Shown: positions 32,028-42,010 of the stretch, piece after piece
How positions within the stretch are numbered: position 1 is the stretch's first letter
Layout: the number at the start of each line of letters is the position of its first letter
Source: Bdellovibrionota bacterium FG-1
GTDB lineage: Bacteria > Bdellovibrionota > UBA1018
Assembly: GCA_051382295.1 (NCBI GenBank)
Contig: JBBCAW010000078.1
Coordinates: 1-64,000, forward strand
DNA length: 64,000 nt
Direction: 5' to 3'
Notes under the pieces: model-generated
What the model was told of the DNA's origin: nothing
Database searches by the model: none
Seen by the model: the letters and a program-made list of their open reading frames with translations, nothing else
Translations under genes and position numbers: made by a program

Positions 32028-33389
32028 TTGATGGATTTATTTAGACGAAATCTCCTCAATCAGCTGATTCATTGGAAGAATAAGACCACTCGACTTCCTC
32101 TCATCCTCTGGGGCGCTCGCCAGGTCGGCAAAAGCACCAGTGTCGAAGCTTTTGGCGCGGAGCACTTTCCGAAAAGTCATATTTTCAATTTCCAAAAAAA
32201 TGCTTCTCTAAAAACGGCCTTTCAAGGCGATCTTCAACCCTCCGAGATATTGAACGCGCTCCGAATCTCCCAAAAAACGGAGATCGGTCCTCATGATCTC
32301 CTCTTTTTTGACGAGATCCAGGAATGTCCGGAGGCCTTAACGTCTTTGAAGTATTTTTCAGAACTTCTTCCCCGACAACCTGTTATCGCGGCGGGGAGTC
32401 ACCTCGGTTTGGTCAAAAATGAAGCCGCCTTTCCCGTCGGGAAGGTAGAATTTCTTTCGCTTCACCCGATGACCTATTTTGAGTTTCTCGACAATCTTGA
32501 ACCGGAAACTTTCGACGTCATTTCCAAACAACCCTTCGACTCTCCAACTCCGATACCGGAATTTTTTCATCAACGCGCCCTGCACTGGCTGCGTCTTTAC
32601 CTGTGCGTGGGGGGCATGCCAGAGGCGGTCGCCGCTTTTGCAAGGTTGCGCGACCCCGAAGCCCAAGGGGTGCTGCGAGCACGTGAGGTCCAAAGACGTT
32701 TGGTGCAAGGGTATTATGGCGATTTCTCGAAACACTCGGGCACGGTCAATGCCAACCACATTGTGAGGGTCTTTGATGCGGCCGCAATTCAGCTAGGGCG
32801 AATGCAAGATGCCTCGGTAAAGAAATTTCAATTTTCAGATGTAATTCCTAAGAGGAAGGGATTCGAAAGCATTGATGGTCCTTTGACTTGGCTTGAGAAA
32901 TCTCGCCTAATCATCAAGACTTATATGGCGAATCGCTTCGAACAACCGATTAAGGCCTTTACCCAAACGAATTATTTTAAGGCTTACCTCTTTGACACCG
33001 GAATCCTGAACTGCATGCTCGATGTCCCAATCGAAAACCTTTTTTCGGAATCCTTAGGGACCTATAAAGGTTACCTTGCCGAAAACTTTGTGGCCCAAGA
33101 GTTATTTGCGACCCTCGACCGCCCTCTCATGGGATGGACTGAAGGAGAAAGCGAAGTGGAGTTCGTGGTTTCACGGGGAGCGGATCTTTGTCCGATCGAG
33201 GTCAAGGCCTCCAGTCGCACGCGAAGAGCAAAGAGTCTCGATTCTCTCATCAGAAAGTACCACCCACCCATGAGCATTAAGGCCACGGGTCAAAATCGCA
33301 GCTTTGCGGCTCAGCGAAAAATCCTGACGCTTCCGATGTATTTGGTGGCAAGTATCTGTTTTTCAAGTGACACGAAAATCAATCATTAG
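32028..33389 (+). CDS. AAA+ ATPase (AAA_14/DUF4143-like)
   Basis: GARQVGKST, FFDEIQECP, AAGS, FPVGKV, GGMPE and EVEFV...PIEVKA motifs. Confidence 0.9.
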   Translation: MMDLFRRNLLNQLIHWKNKTTRLPLILWGARQVGKSTSVEAFGAEHFPKSHIFNFQKNASLKTAFQGDLQPSEILNALRISQKTEIGPHDLLFFDEIQECPEALTSLKYFSELLPRQPVIAAGSHLGLVKNEAAFPVGKVEFLSLHPMTYFEFLDNLEPETFDVISKQPFDSPTPIPEFFHQRALHWLRLYLCVGGMPEAVAAFARLRDPEAQGVLRAREVQRRLVQGYYGDFSKHSGTVNANHIVRVFDAAAIQLGRMQDASVKKFQFSDVIPKRKGFESIDGPLTWLEKSRLIIKTYMANRFEQPIKAFTQTNYFKAYLFDTGILNCMLDVPIENLFSESLGTYKGYLAENFVAQELFATLDRPLMGWTEGESEVEFVVSRGADLCPIEVKASSRTRRAKSLDSLIRKYHPPMSIKATGQNRSFAAQRKILTLPMYLVASICFSSDTKINH

Positions 33390-33433
33390 CTTGCTTTGTC
33401 CCATCGGGGCGCTGTTGTAAAGCGTCACCGACC

Positions 33434-34867
33434 TCACCCCACCAAATCCTGAAATGAAATCATCCGATCAAAAAAACCGGACTCCATCACCGCGTCCGAC
33501 ACCTCTCCCAGATGAATCAACCCATGTTTGACCGAAAAGCCCTTTGGCCGGACAAGACGACGAGTCTTCTCCTTGGCCTCGTCGATCACTTCAGTAGAGA
33601 TCTTAGACCCCGATTTGATTTCACACAGATACAAAAGGCCCTTACGGCATTGAATCAGTAAGTCGATCTGAACGCCGGGTTTGGTCTTAGTTTTAGTCTG
33701 AAAATAGGGGCCCAATTGCACGATGTCGTCCGAAGGCAACTCCAGGCGATCAAGAACCGGATTCAAATGATTCAAAATAAGATTCTCAAACTGGTACCCA
33801 AAAGCCGCAGGCCAAGGAAGAAACGACAATGAGTCGGTTGGCCGTAATGGACTTTTTTCTAGGCGGCTTTTTCGAGGAGCAATATATTTCAGGTAGAATC
33901 GGGCATAATTGTCCGAAATTCGAAGCCGGCTGAGCCGAGATTCCTTGCCCGAAAGATTCCAAGTTCGGTCTCTCGCTAAAAATCCACCCGTCACCAAATC
34001 ATCCAGATATTCAGTCAAATCTCCGTTCAATGGAAGCCCCAAAGAGTGCGCTACTTCAACGGGTTGACGGGGGCCATCTACCAATTCGTTGAAAATCGAC
34101 GAATAGATCGGATAGCGCTTACCGAAGACATCCGAAAATATCACCTCGAAATCACGAAACAAGAGCCCGGCGGGGTTAAAGCAAAGTCTCTTCAAATTGC
34201 TTTCGACCGAGTCACGGGGCGCAATTTCTTCGAGATACTTTGGAACCCCCCCGGTTACCGACAGAAATTTGGCCAGCTCGGTGTACGGCAGCGGTGCGCT
34301 CGGATGCCTAAAAAACTCCATAGACTCCGCTATAGACAGCTCCTTCAACAATAGGGCGGCAGAAAGACGGCCGACAAACCCCGTGTGATCGAGGATATTT
34401 TTTTGAATCCAGCTCGACACTGACCCACAGAGTACTACCATGAGGTGATTTTGCTCAGAAAGGACTTCGTCCCAAGCGATCTTAAGCTTGCCTGCAAAGT
34501 CAGGGTCTTTGGCGCCCATCCAAGAAATCTCATCCAGGAGAATCAGACATCTTTTTCCACTCGGCAAGCGAGCGAGCTGCCCAAAGGCCTGGGACCAGTC
34601 CTCAAATTCGAGGTTCTTAACTTTCAGATAACCGGCCAGCGTGTGGGAAAAATGATCTAATTGGTCGCGATTGGTAATTCCCGGTCGCGGCGCAAGACCC
34701 TGAAACTCATAGAGCAAAACCCCTTGTTTGTGCGCGAAGTGCTTAATAAGGGTGCTTTTTCCAATTCGCCGGCGCCCTTGCAGAGTCAATAAAGTCGCCT
34801 TTTTTTGGCTCCAGCTCTCTTTCAAGACCGCCATTTCAGCCGCTCTTCCAAAAAAATGCGAACCCAT
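33434..34867 (-). CDS. Archaeal-type ATPase (DUF234-like) with a C-terminal nuclease-like domain
   Basis: FFGRAAE, GRRRIGKST, LLDEISW, CGS, TGGVPKY and QIDLLI...CEIK motifs. Confidence 0.87.
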   Translation of the reverse strand: MGSHFFGRAAEMAVLKESWSQKKATLLTLQGRRRIGKSTLIKHFAHKQGVLLYEFQGLAPRPGITNRDQLDHFSHTLAGYLKVKNLEFEDWSQAFGQLARLPSGKRCLILLDEISWMGAKDPDFAGKLKIAWDEVLSEQNHLMVVLCGSVSSWIQKNILDHTGFVGRLSAALLLKELSIAESMEFFRHPSAPLPYTELAKFLSVTGGVPKYLEEIAPRDSVESNLKRLCFNPAGLLFRDFEVIFSDVFGKRYPIYSSIFNELVDGPRQPVEVAHSLGLPLNGDLTEYLDDLVTGGFLARDRTWNLSGKESRLSRLRISDNYARFYLKYIAPRKSRLEKSPLRPTDSLSFLPWPAAFGYQFENLILNHLNPVLDRLELPSDDIVQLGPYFQTKTKTKPGVQIDLLIQCRKGLLYLCEIKSGSKISTEVIDEAKEKTRRLVRPKGFSVKHGLIHLGEVSDAVMESGFFDRMISFQDLVG

Positions 34868-34879
34868 GAAGCCTCCCTA

Positions 34880-34975
34880 AATTCCTCTGTAAAATCAAAA
34901 AACCCACTTTACAGAGGAATTATAGCACACCCAAAGCTCCTCTGCTAAATGATATTTCTCATTTTACAGAGGAGC
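34880..34975. repeat. Two tandem inverted repeats (TCCTCTG...CAGAGGA) upstream of an ATPase gene
   Basis: AATTCCTCTGTAAA/TTTACAGAGGAATT (34880-34921) and GCTCCTCTG/CAGAGGAGC (34936-34975). Confidence 0.85.
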
Positions 34976-35015
34976 CCACCCTCCCCTTTCCCCGGTTCCG
35001 ACGCTCCCACGTGTC

Positions 35016-35137
35016 AGCCACCATCAGGGCTTTTTGTTGAGGGTAAGGGGATCCGCGCGCGCAGGAGGCGCGTCTTTTGCGCGGAGGCCAGGAAGGCCGC
35101 CCCCGACAACCCTCAACAAAAAGCCCTGATGGTGGCT
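35016..35137. repeat. 122-bp element with perfect 29-bp inverted repeats (MITE/REPIN-like)
   Basis: AGCCACCATCAGGGCTTTTTGTTGAGGGT (35016-35044) is the exact reverse complement of 35109-35137. Confidence 0.9.
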
Positions 35138-36551
35138 ACTCCTTGGTTTCGATTCCGAACGACTTAATCTTGCGATGCAAATGGCTGCGCTCGACACCCA
35201 AAATTTGGGCGCATTTTGAAATATTAAAGTTATTTTCACGCAAAGTTTTGAGAATAAATTCCTTCTCAAACTCATGCCGGGCGTCACGAAGGTTTTTGCT
35301 CTGCACCGCCGCAGCGGCGGCGGCGGATTCAGAAGGCCCACTCAGCGCCTCATCCTCCCACTTTAAGCTCAAGACCTCATCTTTGAGGTGAGCCAACAAA
35401 TGAGCGGCCGTAATGGGTGACCCTTCCTCGGCCTCGGTGGTCAAAATAATCACGCGCTCAATGAGATTTTTAAGTTCCCGTACATTGCCCGGCCAAGAAT
35501 AAGCCTGAAGCACCTTAAAACCTTCCTCGGTGAGCACCCGGGGCGAACGACCGTGGGAAGTCGCAAATTCCTTGAGAAAATACTGCGCCAAAACCGGAAT
35601 ATCGTCTTTGCGATCCCGAAGAGCCGGAATGTGGAAGGGCACAACGTTCAGACGATAAAACAAGTCTTCGCGAAACGTCCCTTTGGCAATCTCAGCCTTG
35701 AGGTCCTTGTTGGTCGCCGCGACGATCCGAACATCCACTTGGATCGTCTGCGCCCCCCCGACCCGCTCAAATTTTTGCTCCTGAAGAATCCTAAGGATCT
35801 TGGCCTGTGTTTTAAGGGACATATCGGCAATTTCATCTAAAAACAGCGTCCCGCCATGGGCTAAATCAAATTTACCGCGCCGAAGAGAGGTCGCGCCGGT
35901 AAAAGCACCGCGCTCATGTCCAAAAAGCTCGCTTTCAATCAGTTCTTCGGGAATAGCGGCACAATTAATTTCAACAAAAGGTTTATTAAAGCGAGCACTT
36001 AAAGCATGAATCGACTGAGCGACCAACTCCTTGCCCGTCCCATTTTCGCCCGTAATCAAAACAGAGCCAGTCGTGGGCGCCACTCGCTTGATGAGATCTT
36101 GGATTTGCCTCATCGGGGCGCTATCCCCCACCAAAACTCGCCCTCGTTGAACCTGTTTGCGCAAAGCCTGGTTCTCGCGCGCCAGATCCTGCACTCCCGC
36201 CACATTTTGTAAAAGGACCAAAAGACGCTCCAAATTGAGCGGTTTTTCGATAAAATCAAAAGCTCCCAATTTAGTGGCCCGGACAGCAGTCTCGATATTG
36301 CCGTGACCCGACATCATGATGACAATCTGATCGGCCCACTCCGCCTTAATTTTCTTGAGCGTCTCAAGCCCATCCATGTCGGGCATCCAGATATCAAGAA
36401 TCACCACGTCGGGCCTGGAACTCTTCAATGTTTCCAAGCCTTCTCGTCCCGAAGCGGCCAAGGAAACGCGATAGCCCTCGTCTTTGAGTGCGCCGGCCAA
36501 CGATTGGCGGATCGAGTCTTCATCATCAATAATCAAAACTGTGCGAGACAT
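35136..36551 (-). CDS. ntrX: Sigma54-dependent response regulator, NtrX-like
   Basis: REC domain (DIWMPDMDG, MSGHGNIETAV), AAA+ domain with GAFTGA, Fis HTH (ERSHLHRK). Confidence 0.88.
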   Translation of the reverse strand: MSRTVLIIDDEDSIRQSLAGALKDEGYRVSLAASGREGLETLKSSRPDVVILDIWMPDMDGLETLKKIKAEWADQIVIMMSGHGNIETAVRATKLGAFDFIEKPLNLERLLVLLQNVAGVQDLARENQALRKQVQRGRVLVGDSAPMRQIQDLIKRVAPTTGSVLITGENGTGKELVAQSIHALSARFNKPFVEINCAAIPEELIESELFGHERGAFTGATSLRRGKFDLAHGGTLFLDEIADMSLKTQAKILRILQEQKFERVGGAQTIQVDVRIVAATNKDLKAEIAKGTFREDLFYRLNVVPFHIPALRDRKDDIPVLAQYFLKEFATSHGRSPRVLTEEGFKVLQAYSWPGNVRELKNLIERVIILTTEAEEGSPITAAHLLAHLKDEVLSLKWEDEALSGPSESAAAAAAVQSKNLRDARHEFEKEFILKTLRENNFNISKCAQILGVERSHLHRKIKSFGIETKE

Positions 36552-36562
36552 AGTCAACACCT

Positions 36563-38929
36563 TTAGCTGGGTTCACTCTTTAAGGGAATGCCTTTTCGGG
36601 TACGACGACGCTCTTCGCCCATCCGAGTCGAGGTCGGAAGTTCGATAATAAATTTGGTTCCCTCATCCGGAGCGGAGTGAACCCGAATAAAACCGTCATG
36701 ATCATTGATGATCCTCTTAACAATGGCTAGACCCAGACCGGTTCCTTCTTTTTTAGTGGAAAAATAGGGCTCAAAAACGCGCCCCTTCACGTCATCGGTC
36801 ATGCCTGGGCCATTGTCGCCCACTTCAATAACGGCAATCTGCAAGAGATCATGATAATGAGTCGCGACTTGAATTCGTCGGGATTTGCCTGCCGGCATCG
36901 TCGTCAACGCGGCGATGGCGTTATCCAGAAGATTGATCACCACCCGTTTGAGCTGATCCCGGTCAAATTCAAAAATCGGCAATTTTGGCTCTAAAGCAAC
37001 TTTGAAATCAATATTCTGATGCCCTTGCTGAAAAAGTTTAATCACTTCGGTCATGGCCGCGTTGAGGTCATGGGGAACAGGATTGGCCTCCGGAAAACGG
37101 GCAAAATTTGAGAACTCGTTCACCATCTCCTTGAGTTCATCGGTATGCTTTATAATGGTATCCGTACACTCCCTCAGCAGTTCCAAGCTTTCAGCAGTGC
37201 GCAAATTACCCGACCCCAACCTCCGCTGAAGCCTCTGCGCTGAAAGTTTGATCGGTGTCAGGGGGTTCTTAATTTCATGGGCGATGCGGCGGGCGACCTC
37301 GCGCCAAGCCATTTCACGCTGCCCCTTGATCAAGTGGGTCATGTCGTCGATCACGACAACCACACCCCAGTCCGTTTCGCTCTCTTGAAGCGGCGTCGCC
37401 ACGGCTGCGAGTGCCCGAACCGTCTCTGAAGTGCCTCTAAAATTCCACTGAAAGCTTTCAACTCCCGGAGCGGGGCTGGTGGCCGTACCACTAAAGGCCC
37501 GATCGATGATTTCATAAAGAACCGCAGCTTCTCCCTTAAGAATCTCCACATATTTATGTCCAATTGCATCGGCCGGCGCAATCTCAAGAAGCCGCGAAGC
37601 CGCAAAATTGAAAGTGGTGATAATCCCACTGCTATCAATCGAAATCACCCCTGTACTGATGTTGGCCAGAACAGCCTCGAGCTGCCGACGGCGCTTTTCG
37701 AGATCCGCGCCGGCTTGAATCAAACGCGCACGGTTATCCCTGAGATCCATGGTCATTTTATTGAAGGATTGGACCAAAGTCGCGATTTCATCATGTCCAT
37801 ACGCCGGAATCGTCACATCCAAATTGCCGGCACCGACCGCCTGCGCCCCAAAGACAAGCCGTTCCACTGGCCCCGTCAATTCGCGGGCCATATAAAGCCC
37901 CATCCAGATCGCCACAAAGATAATCACCAACGTAATCATGATCAAAATAACCAGATACGTCGTTTTCATGGGAGATTTAAGAGGATTGATATCCTTATTA
38001 TACTCGTCGACCGCTCCCGCGATTTCCTCGACCTTATTGACCAAGCCGACGGGGATATAACTACTCACCACCACAATCCCCACCACCGGGTTATTGCCTC
38101 CGCCTCCCGCATGAACCGGTACCAGAGCACGGATCAGGTCGCCGGTCCCCACATGCTCCATCACCGGAAAATGTGTGCCCGAAAAAGCCTTATCCAACAA
38201 ATCCAACGATAACCGAGGAAACGAGGCGGTAAACTCATGAGTCAAAGGGCGCTGAGCCAAAACCCGTTCTCCCAACGGGTCAGGGTAAAATTCAACCGCA
38301 TCTAATGCGAGCAGCTCCCGCTGCCCACGTAAAAACTCATCGATCCACGAAGGCGTGGCATGAGCCAAGGACCGTTCGTCACTGTTTTCAGGAAAAGTCA
38401 TCCTACGCCCGATGCTCGAGGCTAAAAGTTCTGAAAAGTGCATCGCGGCATGATCGGTACTGAGGTAATAAATTCGGGTGATTTCAAGCGATGTCTGGAG
38501 AGTGTTTTGAATCTTGACCGAAAACCAACGATCAAAGCTCGAATTAATGTACATTGCCGAAATCACGAATAAAACCAAGGTCGGCGTGATCGAAAACGCC
38601 ACAAAAGCCAAAACGAGTTTAGATTTAAGACGCGCGCCAAGAATCCGGCGTCGCCGCTCGATAAACAATTTACCGAGATTGCGCAACACTAGCCAAACCA
38701 ACGCAATCAGGATGATGATGTTGAAATTGAGAAGGCCGAAAAAAAAGATCGAAGTCAGAAAAGGCAGGGTGCTCGATACTTTAGTGAGCTTAAATTCGGC
38801 TATCGTCAGCGCAACAAAGAGCGCCGCAAGTAGAACAATCGCCACCCATTCGCGTTTGCGTTTGCGCCGCTCCCGCGAATCCAGGGGAGGAGGAGCAAGG
38901 GGCGTCATCAACTGACCGGACTCAGTCAT
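36563..38929 (-). CDS. ntrY: HAMP-PAS sensor histidine kinase, NtrY-like
   Basis: TM helices, AWREVARRIAHEIKNPLTPI, HATPase GTGLGL. Confidence 0.9.
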   Translation of the reverse strand: MTESGQLMTPLAPPPLDSRERRKRKREWVAIVLLAALFVALTIAEFKLTKVSSTLPFLTSIFFFGLLNFNIIILIALVWLVLRNLGKLFIERRRRILGARLKSKLVLAFVAFSITPTLVLFVISAMYINSSFDRWFSVKIQNTLQTSLEITRIYYLSTDHAAMHFSELLASSIGRRMTFPENSDERSLAHATPSWIDEFLRGQRELLALDAVEFYPDPLGERVLAQRPLTHEFTASFPRLSLDLLDKAFSGTHFPVMEHVGTGDLIRALVPVHAGGGGNNPVVGIVVVSSYIPVGLVNKVEEIAGAVDEYNKDINPLKSPMKTTYLVILIMITLVIIFVAIWMGLYMARELTGPVERLVFGAQAVGAGNLDVTIPAYGHDEIATLVQSFNKMTMDLRDNRARLIQAGADLEKRRRQLEAVLANISTGVISIDSSGIITTFNFAASRLLEIAPADAIGHKYVEILKGEAAVLYEIIDRAFSGTATSPAPGVESFQWNFRGTSETVRALAAVATPLQESETDWGVVVVIDDMTHLIKGQREMAWREVARRIAHEIKNPLTPIKLSAQRLQRRLGSGNLRTAESLELLRECTDTIIKHTDELKEMVNEFSNFARFPEANPVPHDLNAAMTEVIKLFQQGHQNIDFKVALEPKLPIFEFDRDQLKRVVINLLDNAIAALTTMPAGKSRRIQVATHYHDLLQIAVIEVGDNGPGMTDDVKGRVFEPYFSTKKEGTGLGLAIVKRIINDHDGFIRVHSAPDEGTKFIIELPTSTRMGEERRRTRKGIPLKSEPS

Positions 38930-38977
38930 TACTAAAGCCTAACCTATCGGTTTGGATTTCAATACAGCTTTCTCGTG

Positions 38978-39634
38978 TCAGGGGAGCCAAGCCTGACGGG
39001 CTAAAGCCTTAATGACATCCGCGGCGCCGCTGCGAAGCGAACTCTGGATAAAGCCGCTCAATAGCCCCGTCAGAGGAAGGTCCACTCGATTAGCGAGATA
39101 ATACCTCATGTAGACGCCCCCACTCGAAAGCGGTTCGACGTAAAAGGATCCCTCCATTCGGTTAAAAGCCGGGGAGTCACGATGGGGCCATCCTGCCTGT
39201 TTAGGCGTCAATTGCCATTCAACTCCCGCTGAACCTGGACCCCCGAGATTACGGTGAACGCGTACTTCCATATATTGCGACGAATGCAAACTCAGATAGC
39301 TCATGGATGAAAAGACATAAAATAGGTCCGGCGAAGTTCGTTCAACAAGAACGGACTCACTGAGGTGGGGCATTCCGAATTGGACAAAATGGTCATAATC
39401 CAAACCTGCAGCAAAAACCTTGGCGGGGTCCACATCCATCACGGCCGAAGCATCCGCCGAAAAGAGGTCACCGACCCGATTCGAAACAGTTTGAGTCACA
39501 TGCCGTTGCGCAAGATCCAAAAGCGCATTCTGAACGGAAGGGTTGATTCCAAAACGAGAATCATAGGCCTGAGCGACGTCTAAAACTTGAACAAGCTGGA
39601 AAACAAAGAGAAAAATGACTATTTTTTTGCCCAT
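38978..39634 (-). CDS. Hypothetical secreted protein, possibly START/SRPBCC-like
   Basis: Signal peptide, DYDHFVQFGMP, EGSFYVEP, C-terminal helix. Confidence 0.6.
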   Translation of the reverse strand: MGKKIVIFLFVFQLVQVLDVAQAYDSRFGINPSVQNALLDLAQRHVTQTVSNRVGDLFSADASAVMDVDPAKVFAAGLDYDHFVQFGMPHLSESVLVERTSPDLFYVFSSMSYLSLHSSQYMEVRVHRNLGGPGSAGVEWQLTPKQAGWPHRDSPAFNRMEGSFYVEPLSSGGVYMRYYLANRVDLPLTGLLSGFIQSSLRSGAADVIKALARQAWLP

Positions 39635-39678
39635 GGCAAGGCGTTTACCATGCTGCGTTAGTTCTGAAAACCCAAAAA

Positions 39679-40596
39679 TCAGACGAGCGAATAGACTTCA
39701 ATTTTATCGGGCCCCGCAGCCTTAGCCGAACGAAGGGCCTCGGACGCCGAGTGGGTCAAATCACTCATTTTAGCCTCTTGCTGATCTGCCGTAATGCCAG
39801 CTACGCCAATACAAGTCGTCAAGGGAGTGCTCGTCTTATCATTCTTATACGGTTGAGCCTGAAGAGCATCGCGAACCCTTTCAGCGACAAATTCGGCCCC
39901 TGCTAAGTCAGTCTCCATTAAGAGGATAAAAAACTCATCCGCCCCGATGCGCGCCACCAAATCGATACTTCGAATACAGGCTTTGAGGCGTTTGGCCACC
40001 TCCTGCAGAACATTGGAACCGAACTGAAACCCGAAATCCTGATTGATCTTTGAAAAATCGTCCAAATTAAGAATCAGAGATGAAATCGGCTTCCTAAAAC
40101 GACGCGACCTCAAGATTTCTTCTTCCCCTCGTCGATAGAGTGTCCGAAAGCTCAAAAGCCCCGTGAGCTCGTCGGTGGAGGTCAACTCATCGATGCGATC
40201 ATTGGCCCGACGAAGCTGGTCTTGCAGCTCCTTGAAGCGCAATAGGGCGCGCACCCGCAAAATCAGATCGTGATCTTGAAAAGGACGTCCCAGATGATCA
40301 TCGGTACCGGTCTGGACACCTTCCACAACCCTTTTGAGTTGGGCACTATCGACGATGAGCAAAATCGAAGAATAATGGCCCTCAGATACCGAGCGGATCT
40401 TAGAAATCCATTCGACCGCCCCCCCCGTAAAAATCCGGTCATCCAATAAAATCAAGTGAGGCTTCCAGGCCCGCAGACGGTGAAGCGCACTCTCCGAATC
40501 AGTTGCACTTTGCACGCTGATGCTCTCATTCGAAAGGATTTTTGTGGTGTGTTCAATGATCTCGCGGTCAGGCCCAACCACCAAAACTCGTTTCAT
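39679..40596 (-). CDS. REC + GGDEF-domain protein (PleD/WspR-like) with a GADEF active-site variant
   Basis: TDELTGL, LDDFSKINQDFG, RSID I-site, RIGADEF. Confidence 0.88.
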   Translation of the reverse strand: MKRVLVVGPDREIIEHTTKILSNESISVQSATDSESALHRLRAWKPHLILLDDRIFTGGAVEWISKIRSVSEGHYSSILLIVDSAQLKRVVEGVQTGTDDHLGRPFQDHDLILRVRALLRFKELQDQLRRANDRIDELTSTDELTGLLSFRTLYRRGEEEILRSRRFRKPISSLILNLDDFSKINQDFGFQFGSNVLQEVAKRLKACIRSIDLVARIGADEFFILLMETDLAGAEFVAERVRDALQAQPYKNDKTSTPLTTCIGVAGITADQQEAKMSDLTHSASEALRSAKAAGPDKIEVYSLV

Positions 40597-41759
40597 TTGT
40601 CCTCGCTTCCTGCAGATCCGGGCAACCAGACCGTCAATTGAGTGCCTTTTCCCACCTCAGTCGCAATGCTCACCTGTCCACCATGAGCTTCGACTATTTC
40701 TCGTGAAATAGAAAGTCCCAGTCCGCTTCCTCGATCTCCTTTAGTCGTAAAAGCAAAGTCAAAAACCCGCGCCAAGCTCTCGGGTGCAATTCCAACGCCG
40801 GTGTCCGCGATAATCACCTCAACTCCGGAGACAGTCCTTAAAGCAGGCCTCACGGTAATCGTTAAAACGCCTCCTTTGACCATGGCCTGGATGGCATTGA
40901 GCAATAAATTCAAAAACACCTGAGAAAGACTGGCGGCATCAAACCGAAGAGGGGAGACGGAGACGTATTTTTTTTCGATTGTGACCGAATACTTCAAAAA
41001 CTCGTGACGAAGGAGAAGTAAGGCCTCATCCAACGTCTGGACCACCGAGCCGAGTTGAAAAACGGGAGTATTTCTTGAAAAAGACTGAAGATTCCGTACC
41101 AACATCCCCGCTTTTTCAGCCGCAGCCATGGCAACACCCAAGTGATCGTGGATCTTGGCAACGTCCCTTTCAAGCAGCGCAAGGTCGGTTTTGCCGATAA
41201 TTCTTAATAAAAGATTGCCAAATTCATGTCCGATGCCGCGCGAAACCTGCCCGACGGCGGCTAATCGCTCAGATCGGACTAACCGATCCGTTTTTTGATC
41301 GCTTTGGCATTTTTGATTCCAAATGGCGGCGATTTGTCGGACCTTCTGCGCCAAAAAGTCTCCTCGAGAAGGAATCGGCAAAAAATCCCATTGAACCCTA
41401 AGCGCCGAACCCAAAATTTTGTCTATTCCATCGACCGACCATGTCGAATCCGAAGTGAGAAGGACAAAAAAGATATCAGGATACGCGGAGTGCATCACTT
41501 GAACAAATTTGAGACTCTGTTTTTGATTTTCAGGTCGAATGACATAAAAAACGCCAATTACAGGCCTCTTCTGTTCGAATTCATTGCGAATCAAAACCCG
41601 GGCATTGCCTTCTGAATGACTCAAAAGAAGGTTAAGACCTAACTCATGAGTCGCCGCTGACAGGGTTTCGACATCCTTCCGCAGAAAAGTCCGGTCATCT
41701 TCGACGATGAGGACAATCAGAAAGCCCGTTTTGTTTTGAATTGGATCTATTTTAAGCAT
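40593..41759 (-). CDS. Sensor histidine kinase with a degenerate N-terminal receiver-like domain
   Basis: SERLAAVGQ...GHEFGNLL, NLLLNA, DTGVGI, GSGLGL. Confidence 0.88.
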   Translation of the reverse strand: MLKIDPIQNKTGFLIVLIVEDDRTFLRKDVETLSAATHELGLNLLLSHSEGNARVLIRNEFEQKRPVIGVFYVIRPENQKQSLKFVQVMHSAYPDIFFVLLTSDSTWSVDGIDKILGSALRVQWDFLPIPSRGDFLAQKVRQIAAIWNQKCQSDQKTDRLVRSERLAAVGQVSRGIGHEFGNLLLRIIGKTDLALLERDVAKIHDHLGVAMAAAEKAGMLVRNLQSFSRNTPVFQLGSVVQTLDEALLLLRHEFLKYSVTIEKKYVSVSPLRFDAASLSQVFLNLLLNAIQAMVKGGVLTITVRPALRTVSGVEVIIADTGVGIAPESLARVFDFAFTTKGDRGSGLGLSISREIVEAHGGQVSIATEVGKGTQLTVWLPGSAGSEDK

Positions 41760-41910
41760 GTGATTGGTTCAAGTAGATCAAAGTGAGAAGAGAACAACAA
41801 AAAAAAATTGAAAAATTGTTTTCTGTTCTTGATCTGTCACGCTTTCAAGGTAACATCAGATCTATAAGCGTCGGATTTGGTTCGACGTGATTAACGGAGG
41901 AAATAATAAA

Positions 41911-41988
41911 ATGGCAACCAAGAAAAAGGCCACCAAGAAGAAAGCTACTAAAAAGAAAGCAACCAAGAAAAAGACCGCGAAGAAGTAA
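41911..41988 (+). CDS. 25-aa lysine-rich histone-H1-like microprotein (not in the ORF track)
   Basis: MATKKKATKKKATKKKATKKKTAKK; GGAGG RBS; synonymous variation between repeats; followed by its own terminator. Confidence 0.85.
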   Translation: MATKKKATKKKATKKKATKKKTAKK

Positions 41989-42010
41989 TCGGTCCTTGGT
42001 AGTAGTTTCC

